64,000 nucleotides of DNA from the human T2T-CHM13v2.0 reference genome, Homo sapiens. Below the pieces are notes generated by a model. That model saw nothing but the letters and a program-made list of their open reading frames with translations. It was not told the DNA's origin and made no database searches. The translations under genes and the position numbers were made by a program. This document shows, one piece after another, positions 40,915 through 55,707 of this stretch. The stretch lies in the NCBI RefSeq assembly GCF_009914755.1, contig NC_060925.1, one strand, 5' to 3'. Position 1 is the stretch's first letter, and each line of letters opens with the position of its first letter.

Positions 40915-43020
40915 AAAATCACATGAAATACAAAGAGATACACACCTAGACACATCAAAGTCAAACTGTTCGGAAAAAAAGAGAAAATCTGAAAAGCAGC
41001 TTGAGAAAAATGACTCATCATGAACAGGGAACAATGCAATTAGCAACTGACTTCTCATCAGAAATGACAGACGACAGAAGGCAGTAGAATGACATTCCAA
41101 GTGCCAAAGGAAAAATCTTTCAATCAAGAATTCTGTTTTTCCACTAGAACTGCAAAAATGAAAGCACAATAAAGATATTCCCAGTTAAACAAAGACTGAG
41201 AGAATTCATTATTAGCTGACCTGCCACTGGAAAAATATTAAAGGATGTATTTCAGGGTGAAAGGAAATAAAACTAGATGAGACTGTGGATCTGTAGAAAG
41301 AAATGAAGAGCACTCAAAAGGATATCTGTGGGTAAATGTAAAAGACTATATAAACGTGTTATCTTCCATTCTAATTTTGTTTGAAGACATTAGATTATAT
41401 AAAGCATTAATTATTGTACTATGTTGTTGGATTTATAACAATAGAGAGATATATTATAAAGGAGAGAGGAAGAAACAAAGTATTGTAGCAATATTTCTAT
41501 ATTTTCTTAGAATTAAGTCAGTATTACCTCAGGTAATGATATTAGATATTAGATGGTTATAAATTAAGATGCAGATTGTAATCTACAGAGCAACCACTAA
41601 GAAAATAACTCAAAAATACAGTAAGATAGCAGAGGAATCAAAGCAGAATACTTAAAAAAAATGTTTAGCACAAAAGCCGTAAGGGAAGAACAGATTTTAA
41701 AAATAAGACATAGAAACAAAATGGCATACCTTAATCCAGCCATGCTGATAATAATATTAAATATGAATAAAAACTACAATCAAAAGGCAGTGATTGTCAA
41801 AATGGATAAAAAAGCAAGATTCAATTGTACACTATCTACAAGAGATACTTCATACAAAAAGACAAAAGTTGGAAGTAAAAGGATGAAAAAGAGAGTACCA
41901 TGCAAATACTGGCAATAAGAGAGCTTGAGTGCCTACATCAATATCTGAGAAAATAAAATTTAAGACAAGAAATATTATTAGAAGAAATGATATTACAGTA
42001 TCATAAAGGGTCAATACATTAGGAATATATAATAATTACAAGTGTGATGGTACCTAATAGTAGAGTCTCAAAATTATGAAGCAAAAATTGATATAATTGA
42101 AAGAAGAAACAGATTATTCAGACTTAACAATTATAGTTAGAGAGTTCAATAACCCATTTTTAATAACTGATAGGACAACTATTCAGAAAATTAACAAGGA
42201 AATAGAAGACATGAACAACACTATCAACCAACTTGACTAACTGACATTTATAGAATACTTTACCCTCAAGTAATGAATACACATTTTTTCAAAAGCACAT
42301 GGAACTTTCTCCAGGTTAGACCATATACTAGACCATAAAACTAATTTTTAATATATTTAAAAGAATTTAAATCACTCAGAGTATGTTCTCCAGCCACAAA
42401 GGAATTAAATTAGAAACAAAAATAAGTTTGGGAAATCCTCAAATTTTAGAAATTAACACATTTCTAAATAACTATGAGTTGAAGAGAAAAATTACAATGG
42501 AAATTAGAAAGATTTTGAACTGAATGAAACAAAAATAAACTATGTATTTACACATGTCTATACACATCCACATTAACCGGATTAAGCTAAAGCAGGACCT
42601 AGAAAAGTAGAGTGTTCTCAAAACAATAATTTAAGCTTCCATCTTAAGAAATTAGAGAGAGAGGCAAATTAAACCTTAAAAGGAAAGAAATAAAGACTAA
42701 AGCAGAAATCAATTGACTAGCAAAGAGAAAAATAATAGAGAACATCAAAGAAACAAAAAGGTGATTCTTAAAAAAGATTGCAAAATTGATAAACTTTTAG
42801 CTAAACTGACCAAGAAAAAAGACAGAAAACACAAATTAACAATCAAGAATCTAAGAGCAGCCGTCATTGCTGACCCATCAGAAATTAAAAGAATGATAAG
42901 TGAATATTTTAAACAACTTTATATCAACAAATCAGACAACTTAGATGGAATGGAAAAAATCCTAGAAAAAGATAAATTACCAAAACTACCTTCAGAGAAT
43001 ACTGAAAATCTGAATAGACC
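40915..43020 (+). mobile_element. Degenerate L1 (ORF1 end to ORF2 endonuclease region)
   Basis: A-rich sense strand; ORF 42713-43030 (KIDKLLAKLTKKK...EYFKQLYINK...ENLNRP) is ORF2-like; many stops. Confidence 0.85.
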
Positions 43021-43022
43021 TA

Positions 43023-43400
43023 TGCATTAGTCCACTGTCACAGTCTAATAAAGACATGCCTGAGACTGGGTAATTGATAAAGGAAAGAGATTTAGTTGAC
43101 TTACAGTTCAGTATGGCTGGGGAGGCCTCAGGAAACATATAATCATGGCGGAAGGTGAAGGGGAAGCAAGACACCCTCTTCACAAAGCGGCAGGAAGGAG
43201 AAGTGCCAGCAGGGGAAATACAAGACACTTATAAAACCATCAGATCTCATGAGACTCACTCATTTTCATGACAACAGCATGGGGGAGACTGCCCCCAAGA
43301 TTCAATTAACCTCCACTTGGTCCTGCCCTTGACATATGAGGAGTATAAGGATTAAATTCAAAGTGAGATTTGGGTGGGGACACAGAGCCAAACCATATCA
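43023..43400 (-). mobile_element. THE1/MSTA-type solo LTR
   Basis: TGCATTAGTCC...CCAAACCATATCA; 5-bp TSD ACCTA. Confidence 0.9.
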
Positions 43401-44329
43401 ACCTACAACATGAAACATATCATACCATATCAACCTATAATATTTTGGTCCTGAGACCAAATCCTTTGGACAGTGCCTGGAGAGAGCCTCAGGCCACAGT
43501 CATGTTTATCTGAAATACAGGGCCTACCTCCAGGCTCCTCTCCACCCTGTCCTGTGCAGAGCTACGCAGTGCGCTGAGGGGCCAGGGCTTCAGAAAGCCC
43601 AGAGCATGTGACCTGGTTGGCAGAGGTACCAGGGTCATTGGTGCCAGCCCAATTCAGTGTACTGGATCATTAGTAGAAACAAAGCACCATTCTACTGAGA
43701 GCCAAGACCGCCTGCCAAGTACCAGTGCGAAGGCTGCCTCGTCACCACAGCTGTGAATCAAGAGTAGGCTGTGCTTGCTACTGATGCCAGCCTGGGGCAT
43801 TTTCCCAGCCCCACAGTGCCTTTCTGAAGTGGGAGAAGGAGAAGCAGAGGGTTAGACTCTCCTTGGTGCCTGAACAGTGCCTCTGATGGAAGAACGTAGC
43901 TCAGTGATATTCCCAAGGAGGTTTATTGGTTCATTATCAGTAGGACTCTCCAAGGAAAGGGAACAGCTGAACCATATGGAGCAACTGCAGGCTCATGTAA
44001 TAGAAGCAGCATTGAACTTAGAGTTTGAGTCCTGTATTCTAGTCTAGAACTTACCTCCAGCTAGCTGTGTGGACTTAACCATATCACTTTACCTCTCTGG
44101 GCTGCCTTGCACCTTGAAATTATGTGATTCCTTCTCTCACTCTGGGAACTAGAAGGCCAGGTCAGTGTGGCTCAGTCCTGGTCTAATTGGATGGATGGAG
44201 AGAAGGTAGCAGAGGTGGGCCCAGCAAGCCTGAGAATTCATCTTACTCCCTGACAGAGCTCAGAGTTCTGAGAAGAATGTGGTCACGCAGAAGACTCTCT
44301 GTAGGCCACATCAGGACCAGGCTTCTTGG

Positions 44330-45584
44330 AAAGCTGTACTCCTCCTGCCTTTCAACATCTTAACACACTCAGCTCCTCCATTATACACACTTACCTGAAC
44401 CCAGCTTGTCTGTATGGGTTTAGCATTCTCTCTTGTCCTTCCCAGTCTACCCTCTACATTCTAAAAAGAGAGTCTCCCACCCAGACGATCTCCTTGCAGT
44501 CACTTTTCAATGCACCAGAACAGCTTCCTTAGTTGGAACAGTGAACAGTGTGTTTTCAAACAAAAGGGGCTCACTGCCCAATGTGCTAGAAGCCAATGCT
44601 ATGACACTGTGTTTCTGAGAAAAGAAAAGCTTTATACTGCAAGCTGCTTCACAAGGAGACTAGAACATCGAGCTCAAATCTGTCTTCTTGTGCTGGCTCC
44701 AAAGCAGTATTTTTATTAGAAAAGATTCAGAGGCTGTATTCTGAGATCAGTAGGTGATTGGTGGAGGAAAGAGGAGGTCTAGAAAGTCCTTGGGCGTGCG
44801 TTTTTATCTCTCCATGCCTCCTCATGGGTCCCCTATGCAAATTTCAGGAGAATTAATATGAAACATGTGGTGGAAATTCAGGCTGTGTCATCAGCAAGCT
44901 CGTCCTGCACAGACTCCAATTGGCCGTGTTGGTTACAACTGATTTCAGCCAGTTTTTAAAAAATCTCATAGGCAGAGGGAGTTTCAGTGTTTCAGCAAGT
45001 TATTTTTTTACCTGCAATGCTGCGAACTCAAGTTTCTGTTAGTCATTGGTTTCTTTAACTATTTGGGGCACAGTTTCAACAGCCCCCTGAAAATGGCCCA
45101 ATTCAGGGGACAGCATCAGAGGGCATCCTGTGTGGAGTGTCTGCAATGTGAGATGCCATGGACCATGCCTTCCCCCATAAGACTGATTCCTGCTCTAGGC
45201 CTGACCCTGCCCTGGCATTCCCCTGCCTCCCTGGCTGCTCTTTCATAGTCTCATCATGCTTTCTCCCTGGGTTTACACCTAATTATTGGTGTTCTTCTCA
45301 TCTCACTCTATACACTGCTCCTGGTTCACATTTGCTGTTCTAGTCTCCTTGTGAATCAGCTTGCAGTATAAAGCATGTATAAAGGAGTATAAAGCATGTA
45401 TAAAGGAGTATAAAGCTGTACTCCTCCTGCCTTTCAACATCTCAACACACTCAACTCCTCCATTATACACACATACCAGAACCTGGCTTGTCCATATGGG
45501 TTTAGCGTTCTCTCTTGTCCTTCCCAGTCTACCTTCTACATTCTAAAAAGAGAGTCACCCACCCGGACGTCTCCTTGCAGTCAC
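44330..45584. repeat. About 174-bp direct repeat (44330-44503 and 45412-45584)
   Basis: Manual alignment: 12 substitutions and 1 indel. Confidence 0.92.
44549..45078 (-). mobile_element. ERV1-class solo LTR (subfamily uncertain)
   Basis: TG...CA ends with 4-bp TSD ACAG; resembles MER4-group LTRs; strand inferred. Confidence 0.7.
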
Positions 45585-46939
45585 AGGCATGGGAGGAAGC
45601 ATGGAGACTTTATGTCTCCATCTCTATGTCACTTCCTCCCATGTCTGTGTCTTCACCCTGGCCTCCTTGGGCTTCTTGACAACGCATGGTAGAGGAGAGA
45701 TGGGTCTGCTCTCACTCTCAGCTCCACCAGGTCTTCCCCAGGGGCCTCTGCTTCTGCACTCTGCGGATACTGGATACCCACTCTGCCAGCGCAGGAAGCC
45801 TGCTGAGTAACTCTGTTGCTTACAATAGTTCCTGCCTCCCCATTGCTCCCAGAAAAATGCCAAGAAAGCCAGCAAAGCCCTGGTTACCTCTAGCGTGGTT
45901 AGACAAGCCCTTCAGGATGCAGCCCTGGACTGGGACTGACAGGTCTCCCATTTGGAACCGAGGCCCTTAGCCTTGTTTGGCCTCTCAATGCTCGCCCACT
46001 GCAGGTCTCCCCCAGGGACGAGGAGCAGCTCAACAGCAGGGGCGAGGTCAAGCCACATTCATTGTCATGTATCCTAGGTGCCCAGCACAGCTTCTGACCC
46101 ACAGGAGGTGTTGATTAATGTTTGTGGAACAAAAGTGTGGATGAAAGCAAATCTTGGATTCAGAATATATTCCTGTCCCCTTTAGTCCCTTTGAATGGTC
46201 AGAATAGGCTTGTGTTTTGTGGCTCTGTGAAGGGTTGCTTACTCAACAGCCATTTGCTGGCAGATAAAACTGGCTCGGTCACTGCTCCAAAAGCATCCAG
46301 GGTGTTTGGCTCTGTAGGTGGCATTATGCCTTCCAGATAGAAATTGCAAGCACACAGGGTGGCCCTCATAGGGGCCATGAACATTGTGGTTAAAACCTGT
46401 GAGAGAAAACAGGTGCACACCCTTTTGCTAAGCAAAAGAATCAGTGCAATTCATAGAACGTGCCTGCTGTACACAATTATTACAACTTTAAAAACATCAC
46501 CAACCCAAGCTGCACTCAGTTGGTGTAAAGTCTCTGGAAATGTTAGAGAATGTGGGGTTGAGATTCCCACATAAACCCTATATGATGTTTACCATGATCT
46601 ATTATTTCATTTGCTAGAAATATAAAACAAATCAGTTATTTACAAAGCTGATTTTTTTTTTTTTTGCTAGGAATTGGTCACTGTATTTGCAGAAACAGAA
46701 CTTTCCTTAGCTGAAATCACAGAGCTATATATTACTTTGGATGGCATATCATGGGAATGTGCACAATAATAACCCATGAAGTCCTCATTGAACTCTATCC
46801 ACCAATTATCAGCCCTGCTATTTCTAAACTGCTTTATAAACAGTGGGGTGTTTTGTGATATATTTATTATAACGAGTTTAAGTCATAAAAATATAAGGAA
46901 AACACTTTAAAATCTTCCCAAATATCATCATCAGTTTCA

Positions 46940-49900
46940 ACAATCATTTTGTAAATCTTATCGTGATAAAATATGTACAACAAAATATACCATTTAAACC
47001 ATTTATAGATGTACAGTTTGGTGGTATTAAGTACATTCTCCATGTTGCACAACCATCACCATCATCCATTTTCAGTATGTTTTCAACAAGCCAACAGAAA
47101 CTATGTAATCATTAAACAATAACTTCCCAGTCCCTCCTCCATCCAGCCTCTGGCAACCTCTATTCCACTTTCTATCTCTATGAATTTGTCTATTCCAGGT
47201 ATCTGAAATAAGTGGACTCATACAATATTCATCCTTTTGTATCTAGCTTATTTCACTTAGAATAATGTTTTCAAGTTTCATCGTGTTGTGGCATGTATCA
47301 ATATTTTCTTCCTTTTTCAGGCGAAATAATATTCCACTGTACAGATATCCCACGTTTTGTTTATCCATTCATCTGTTTATGGAATTTAGGTTATTTCCAC
47401 CCTTTGGCTATTGTGAATAATGTTGCTATAAACATTGGTGTACAAATAGCTGTTGAAGGTCCTGTTTTCTTTCGGGTACATACCCAGCAGAGGAACTGTT
47501 GGATCATATTATAATTTTTTAACTTTTCGAGGAATCACCAAACTTTTTTCCACTTTAGCTGTGCCATTTTACATTCCTACTGGCAATGCACAGGGCTCCA
47601 ATTTCTTCATACCCTCACCAACACTTGTTATTTTTTAACAATAACAGCTATCCTAATGGGTGTGAAGTGGCATCTTGTTGTGGTTTAGATTTATATTTCC
47701 CTAATGACAAATAATGTTAAGCACTTTTCATGCACTTATTGTGCATTTGTATGTTTTCTTTAGAGAAATGTCTACTCAAGTCTTTTGCCCATTTTGGAAT
47801 TGGCTTGTTTTTTATTGTTGAATTGTAGTTCCTATATTCTGAATAGTGATCCTTTAGCAGATATATGATTTACAACTCTATTCTCATTCCATGGATTGTC
47901 TTTTTATTCTCTTAATAGTTTCTTTTGTTGCACAAATTTTTTAATTTTGATGAAGTTCATCTATTTTTTTCTTTTATTGCCTATGGTTTTGGAGTTATAA
48001 CCAAAAAACCATTGCTAAAACCAGTGTCATGAAGATTTTCTCCTATGTTTTTGTCTAGGAGTTTTATAGTTTTAGTCATTAAATTTAGGCCTTTGATCCA
48101 TTTTGAGTTCATTTTTGTATACGGTGTTCAGTAAGGATCCAATTTCATTCTTTTGCATGTGAATAATCCAATTATCCCAGTACTATTTGTTGAAAAGACT
48201 GTCTTTTCCCCCAGTGAATGGTTTTGGTAGTCATCAAAATCAAATGACGATATACGTGAGGTTTTTTTTTTTTTCTGGGCTCTTTATTCCATTCCGCTGG
48301 TCTATAGTTCAGTCTTCATGCCAGTTCTACACTGTTTTGATTACTGTAACTTTATAGTAAGTTTTGAAATCAGGAAGTATGAGTCCTCCAACTTTGTTCT
48401 TCATTTTCAGGGTTGTTTTGACTTTATTGTTTTATATGGAATTCTTGGAGATTTCATATAAACTTTAGGGTAAGCTTTTCTAGCTCTGCAAAAAAACAGC
48501 ACCTAGATTTTAATAGGATTGCATTGAATCTGTAGATCACTTTGGGAAATATTGATATCTTAATGTCTTTCAATCATTAACATAGGATGTCTTTCCAGTT
48601 ATGCCTTCTTTAATTTCATTCAGCAATGTTTTATAGTTTTTGGTGTACAAGTCTTTGCCTTTTTGGTTAAATTTATTTCTAAGGGTTTTTTATGTGCTTG
48701 TAAATTAAATTTTTTAAATTTTCTTTTTGAATTGTTCATTACTAGTGTGTAGAAATGCAATTGATATTCATGTGTTGATTTTATACCCTGCAAGTTTGCT
48801 GAATTCATTTTTTGACAGATTTTTGTGGAATCATTCTGGTTTCCTGCATATAAGATCATGCCATCTGCAAACAGAGATAGTTTTACTTCTTCCTGCCCAT
48901 TTGGATGCCTTTTATTTATTTTTCTTGCCTAAGTCCTCTGACTAGGACTTCCCAGCACTGTGTTAAATAGAAGTGGTGATAACAGGTGTTCTTATCTTAT
49001 TTCTGATATTAGGAGAAAAGTTTCAGCCTTTGACATGGAATATGAAGTTAGCCTTGAGTTTTTTTATATATGGCCTTTATCATGTTGAGGTAGCTTCTTC
49101 TATGTTTAGTTTGGTGGGTGTTTTTACTATGAAATAGTATTGAATTTTTTCAAATGGTTTTTCTGCATCAATTGCTATTATAATGTAGGTTGTATCTTCG
49201 TTCTATTTATATGGTGTGTTACATTGATTGGTTTTCGTATGTTGAACTATCCTTGCATTCCAGGAGTAGACCTCACTTGATCATGATATATAATCCTTTT
49301 GTTATGCTGCTAAATTCAGTTTTCTAGTATTGTGCTGAAGATTTTTACATCAATATTCATCAGAGATATGGGAGCATAGTTTTCTTTTAGTATCTTTATC
49401 TGGCTTTGTTACAAAGTTAATGCTTGCCTCATGAGTTAGGAAGTGTTCTCTCTTCAATTTTTTGAGGAGTTTGAGAGTGATTGATGCTAAGTCTTACTCA
49501 AATGTTTGGTAGAACTCACAAGAGATGACATCTGGTACTGGATTTTTTATTTGTTTCGTTATTGAGTCACTCTCCTCGTTGAGTAGAGGTCTGTTCAGAT
49601 TTTCTACTTCCTCAAGAGTTAGTTTTGGTAGATTGTGTGTTTCTAGGCACTCATTTATTTTGTATAGGTGACATAAAATTGACTATAATCCCCCCTTTCA
49701 TTTCTGATTTTAGTAAATTGAATCTTCTCTCTTTTTTCCCTTGGTCAGTCTAGCTAAAGGCTTGTCAATTTCATTGATGTTTTCAAAAAACTGCCTTTTG
49801 GCTTTGTTGTTTTTCTGTATTGTTTTTATATCTCTGTTTTGTTTATTAATGTCCTAATATTTATTATTTTATTCCTTCTGCTATCTTTGGATTTTGTTTT

Positions 49901-50745
49901 TCCCTTTTTTGGTTCCCTGAGGTGTATAGTTCAGTTATTGATTTGAAATCGTTCTTATTTTTTAATGTATGCATTTATAGCTCTAAATTTCCCTTATAGT
50001 GCTGCTTTCACTGCATCTCATCAGTTTTATTATGTTGTGTTTTTGTTTTCATTTACCTCAGTGTATTTTCCAATTTTTTTGAGATTATTTTTCTTTGTTA
50101 TAGTATCTTTGATATAGAGTATACGTTTCTAGATTGACTGTTCTTTTTTCTCGCAATATTTTAAAGACATTGCTCCACTCTCTTTTAACTTACAATATTT
50201 TTTATGAGAAATCCATTGCCATCCTTATTTTTGTTCCTTTGTATATAATGGGTCTTTTTTTCTGGCTTCTTTTAAGAGTTTTACTTTATTCCTGGTAGTT
50301 AGCAATGTGATTATAATGTGCCTTTGTACTTTGTGTTTCTTGTGCTTGGTGTCCACTGAGTTTCTTGGATTTGTGAGTTTATAGTTTTCATGTTTTCATT
50401 AAATTTGGAAAATGCTCTGTCATTATTCATTCAAATATTTTTGTTCCCCTGCTTCTGCTTTCTGCTTTGGGCAATTTAATTACATGTATATTAGGCCACT
50501 TGAAGTTATTCCATAGCTAACATGCTCTCTTCATTTATTTTTCAGTCTTTTTTCCTTCTGTGTTTGATAGGCTAGTTTGTCTTCAGATTTACTAAATTTT
50601 ATCTCTAATGTCTACTCCTCCATTAATCACATTTTCTGTATCTTTTATCTAAGCCCTTGTGGTTTTCATCTCTAGAAGTTCAATTTGGGTCTTTCAATCT
50701 CTTCCATTACTTTTTTCTTCTTCTTTTTCTTTTTCTTTTTCTTTT

Positions 50746-50804
<59 letters not shown>

Positions 50805-51440
50805 AGATGGAGTCTCTCTCTATTGCCCAGGCTGGAGTGCAGTCAGCTCACTGCAACCTCTGCCTCCCAGGTTCAAGCAATTCTCCTGCCTCAGCCTCCC
50901 AAGTAGCTGAGATTACAGGCATGCACCACGCTTAGCTAATTTTTGTATTTTTAGTAGAGACAAGGTTTCAACATGTTGGCCAGGCTGGTCTCAATCTCCT
51001 GACCTCAGGTGATCCACCTGCCTCGGCCTCCCAAAGGGAGGGATTATAGGCATGAGCCACCACACAAGCCTATCTCTTCCATTTCTTAACTTAACACGTT
51101 CAATCTTTTTTCTAGCTTCTTGAACACATGGAATACAGTTGTAATAACCATTTTCATGTCTTTGTCTACTAAATATATTGTCTGTGTCAGTTCTGGGTCA
51201 GTTTCAACTGACTGATTTTCCCCTTCATTATGGGTTGTGTTTTCCTGCTTGTTTGCATGACTGGTGATTTGTGATTGAATGCCAGACAATGGTTGCTGGA
51301 TATTTTGTATTCCTATAAATATCATCAAGCTTTGTTCAGGGACACAGTTATTTGAAATTAGTTTGATCCTTTTGAGCCTTGCTTTTAAGTTTTGTTAGGT
51401 GGGACCACAGCAGCATTTTAGTAGTTTTCATTTTCCCCAC
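46940..51440 (-). mobile_element. Long degenerate antisense L1 (3' UTR, ORF2 and more 5' fragments)
   Basis: T-rich strand, L1 3' UTR motifs; ORF 48620-48859 begins MILY.. as in the RT region. Confidence 0.85.
50711..51070 (-). mobile_element. Alu (AluS-like) with a very long tail
   Basis: Antisense Alu; T56 at 50748-50803; TSD-like ATCTCTTCCATT. Confidence 0.93.
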
Positions 51441-53233
51441 AACTGGACTCACCCGGAAAATTCAGAAATTCAGAAAATCTGCCTATTTTAAGGTCTATAA
51501 CCTTAATTACATATCAAAATCCCTTTTTTCCAGATAACATAATGCACTCACAGTGGGATTAGGGCATGAATAATTTAGGGGGCCATTAGTAGGCCTTACA
51601 CAGTTCACCCTCAGGCTCCCTCCCCCCTGTAATATTCATGTCTGTTCCATACACAAAAGAGAGTGGTGCTCCTGAGTTTGTACTGCTGCATGGTTGAAGG
51701 TGCCACAGAGATTGGAAATTGTCAAAAAGATACTACCTTTGTCCAGGATCCAAGAGTCTAGATCAATCTTACTTTTGCTCAGGTGTTACCCTGTTCTTGC
51801 TGGTGTTACAACTGCCAGAAACTACCCCACTGTCAAACCAGAAATAGAAGATTCTCTCTTCTTTCTGTGTTCTGATTTTCTCCCAGGCCCTCTCTCCTAT
51901 TCACGGTACCTAACAGTAAGCCAGTTGGCAAAGTATCTGTAGTTTGCAGATACCTCACTTGGCAGTATGGATTATAGGAAGGTCACTGTGAGGCTAGATG
52001 AATTTGGCTGCACTTACCTCTCCTGCTGTCTTTGGTTCTGACCAGTGGAGTCAATGCACAAATAGCAATAGCCAGATGCTGAACAAAGAATCAGATGTAT
52101 ACATTACTGGGCAAACTCCTCCGAAGTGCTGCTTAAATCTGGATTGTGGAGAATGGGTTAGTCCTGAGGGCAATGTGGCAGCTCTGAAGAGAGTGCCTTT
52201 AGGCTGGCTCTACAAGGGTTAGAAAAACTGCAAACTGGCTTTTGCTGCAGCTATAGGAAGTTTCTACTGCTGCTGGGGTGGAGAATTCAGGGTGATGCTC
52301 ATAGCAACAGTAAGTGGACAGAAGGCAGACAAGAAGGAGCAAGTCTCCTCTTCCTCCTCAAGCCTCTCAGTCTCCTTTTAAGCCTCTTACTGTCATGGCC
52401 TCACAAAGAGCAGCTATAAAACAGAAATGGGTTTTGCATAGAACCAGCCTCAGTGCTACAGTGCAGAGTATATGTGGGTGAGTGTGGAGCTGAGAGGTTA
52501 GCACCTAAGACTGACAAACTCTGTACCTAGGTGGTGCTGAAAGTGCATAGAACACATGCATGACCTCTCCATGTAGATACAGATCTGTGGAGTAGCTATT
52601 CACCCAGGGAAGAGAGAACTTGAGGCTGCAGGGAGGCCAGAATATCCTCTCTAGTATGTCTCCATGTGGGAAGAGAGTGTGTTAGTCCTTCTACCACTGA
52701 GCCAAGACAAAACCTTCCTTCCCTTGCACAATGGCACTGGGCCAAGTAATGGTGACAATTGCTGAGGACAGTGGTTACACAAAGACTTTTGGAATCTGAG
52801 AAAGCAAAGATGCAATTTGTGCCATGACTATAGGTTGTCTAGAGGTAACATGTAATGTGTTTTTAGTAAAAAGTTATTTCCCATAGAAAAGTATATATGC
52901 ATGCAATTAATTGTAATGATGAAATTCTTGATACAACTCTTATAGGAAAGACCAGAGGTAATGCAAATTTTATACTTACACGCTGCACAGAATAAATCTT
53001 TCTAAAGAATATGTAATTCAGATTAATGAGTAGTCAATCACCTTAGCCATTTTTTCTAACTATAAAGTTTTTTTTCTCTAAATTAACTTCTGCATTTTTC
53101 CACAAAAATCAGAAGGTTCTTTTGGAACTGTACAACACAAAGAGTGAACTCAAATGTAAATGATGGATTTCAGTTGATAGTAATGTGTCAATATTGGTTC
53201 ATCAATTGCAATAAATATACCACATCAGTGTTA

Positions 53234-53236
<3 letters not shown>

Positions 53237-53270
<34 letters not shown>

Positions 53271-53291
53271 CTTGCATGAGTGTGTGTGTGT
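53237..53291. repeat. (GT)n(GC)n alternating purine-pyrimidine tract
   Basis: Direct reading; potential Z-DNA. Confidence 0.85.
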
Positions 53292-53904
53292 TAGTGATAG
53301 GAGAAACTGTGGAGGAAGAGAGGGGGAAAATGGGATATATGAGACCCGTCTCTGCTTGCTGTTCAATTTTTCTGTACAACTAAAACTGTAACTTTGTTCT
53401 GATTACTTTTAAATTGAAATCCATTTCCTTAAAAATCACTATCACTGTTTTCTCATGCCTTTGACTTCTTATCATGGCCCCTTGATCAGGACTGTCCAGA
53501 GAGCTCACGCCTCCCTTTGTTCATGAAGGTGGGCGTGTTCATCACTGGTGGGTGTGCTCATCACAGGGTGGTTTCTGAGACTGAGGAGCCATCAGCCTTC
53601 AAACTTCCTTTGCTTCAACCTCTAGCTTCAGTTGGCTGGTGGCTATTTTCACTTCAGCAAGAACTTCACTAGATTTGTAGATCTTTGGAAATCAAGACCA
53701 AGCTTGAGTAGAATATTTTTCCAGACATCTCTGAGGTTGAATTTGCAACCTCCTGCAAAGAGTTGTCAGTGTTCTCTGAATCCTGGGTTTTGAAAGCTTC
53801 CCGGTTTCATGTTTGTCTATGATTTTTACAACATGGTTCTGGAAGCTCTTGCAAACATAAATTTTTAAATGGACACAACTTTCGGACTTCCATGTTCATG
53901 TCTG

Positions 53905-54804
<900 letters not shown>

Positions 54805-55580
54805 TAAAGTTTTTCTGAAATGAAACCACAGCCACACACTGCCCAATGTGTTTTTATTACCATAGTGTGGAAAGAAATATATAGAGATTCATTGAGGAGC
54901 ATATAGGAACTGGAGAAACACATGGAATCACCATGCATGAAATCACTTCGAAGGAAGCTGCAAGACATTATGTGCCTATTAAATAATGGAAAATGGAATG
55001 TGCATTTTAAAAATAAGCCTTTCACCAAGACAAATGAGATCATCTTCTTGGAAAGAACTCAGCCAGGCATGGAAGAAATCCCACCATCCTTGTTCATGCC
55101 TTTGCATCTGAGGATGTGAAGAGGTCAGAGGCCAAGGCTTCTCACATGCATTCACCAGGGGTGTGGGGTTGATACTACTTTTGGTTCTCAGAGAGGATGA
55201 AAGAGAAGCACAGAGAATTTTGTTTCTCAGACTGCCTCTCTCACCCTCTTCTCGTGTCTGAAGTATCTAGACACTGCCCTTAATTGTGCCCGGGAACATG
55301 TGGCCCAGACAAATGAAAACCAATCAGTGCTTCATTTCCTCACTTTATAAATTCAGGAATTCTAATGTTGTCTTTGAAAGAAGGTAGAACAGGCGCAGAG
55401 AGAGGAATACTTACTCATGTCCATACAACCTTCTGGAGGAACAGTGGTGGGCCAGCCTAAAGCCCGATAGAAGAGAAAGAATGGTAGGAGCCATGAAAAG
55501 GAAGGATGAAGCAAAGATGGCTGATGTGACCATGGGACAGAGAGAGAAAACGGTCCCACTAACACAAGTGAGTAAACTGG

Positions 55581-55707
55581 AGGCAGGCGTGGTGGCACAA
55601 GCCTGTAACCCCAGCTACTCCGGAGGCTGGGAGGATCATGTGAGTCCAGGAGCTGAAGACCAGCCTGGGCAACATTGTGAGACCTTGTCTCAAAACCAAA
55701 AACAAAA
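55581..55707 (+). mobile_element. FLAM-like Alu monomer
   Basis: Single left-arm-like Alu with A-rich tail. Confidence 0.8.

Noticed and set aside
45365-45416. Short tandem repeats here and at about 1404-1466 and 63857-63898 as a CRISPR-like array
   Set aside because: Only 2-3 units, no unique spacers, no cas genes, eukaryotic context
40915-51440. Convergent L1 pieces as one inverted (twin-primed) element or as active L1
   Set aside because: They appear to overlap in ORF2 coordinates, lie 4 kb apart and are full of stops, so they are separate dead copies
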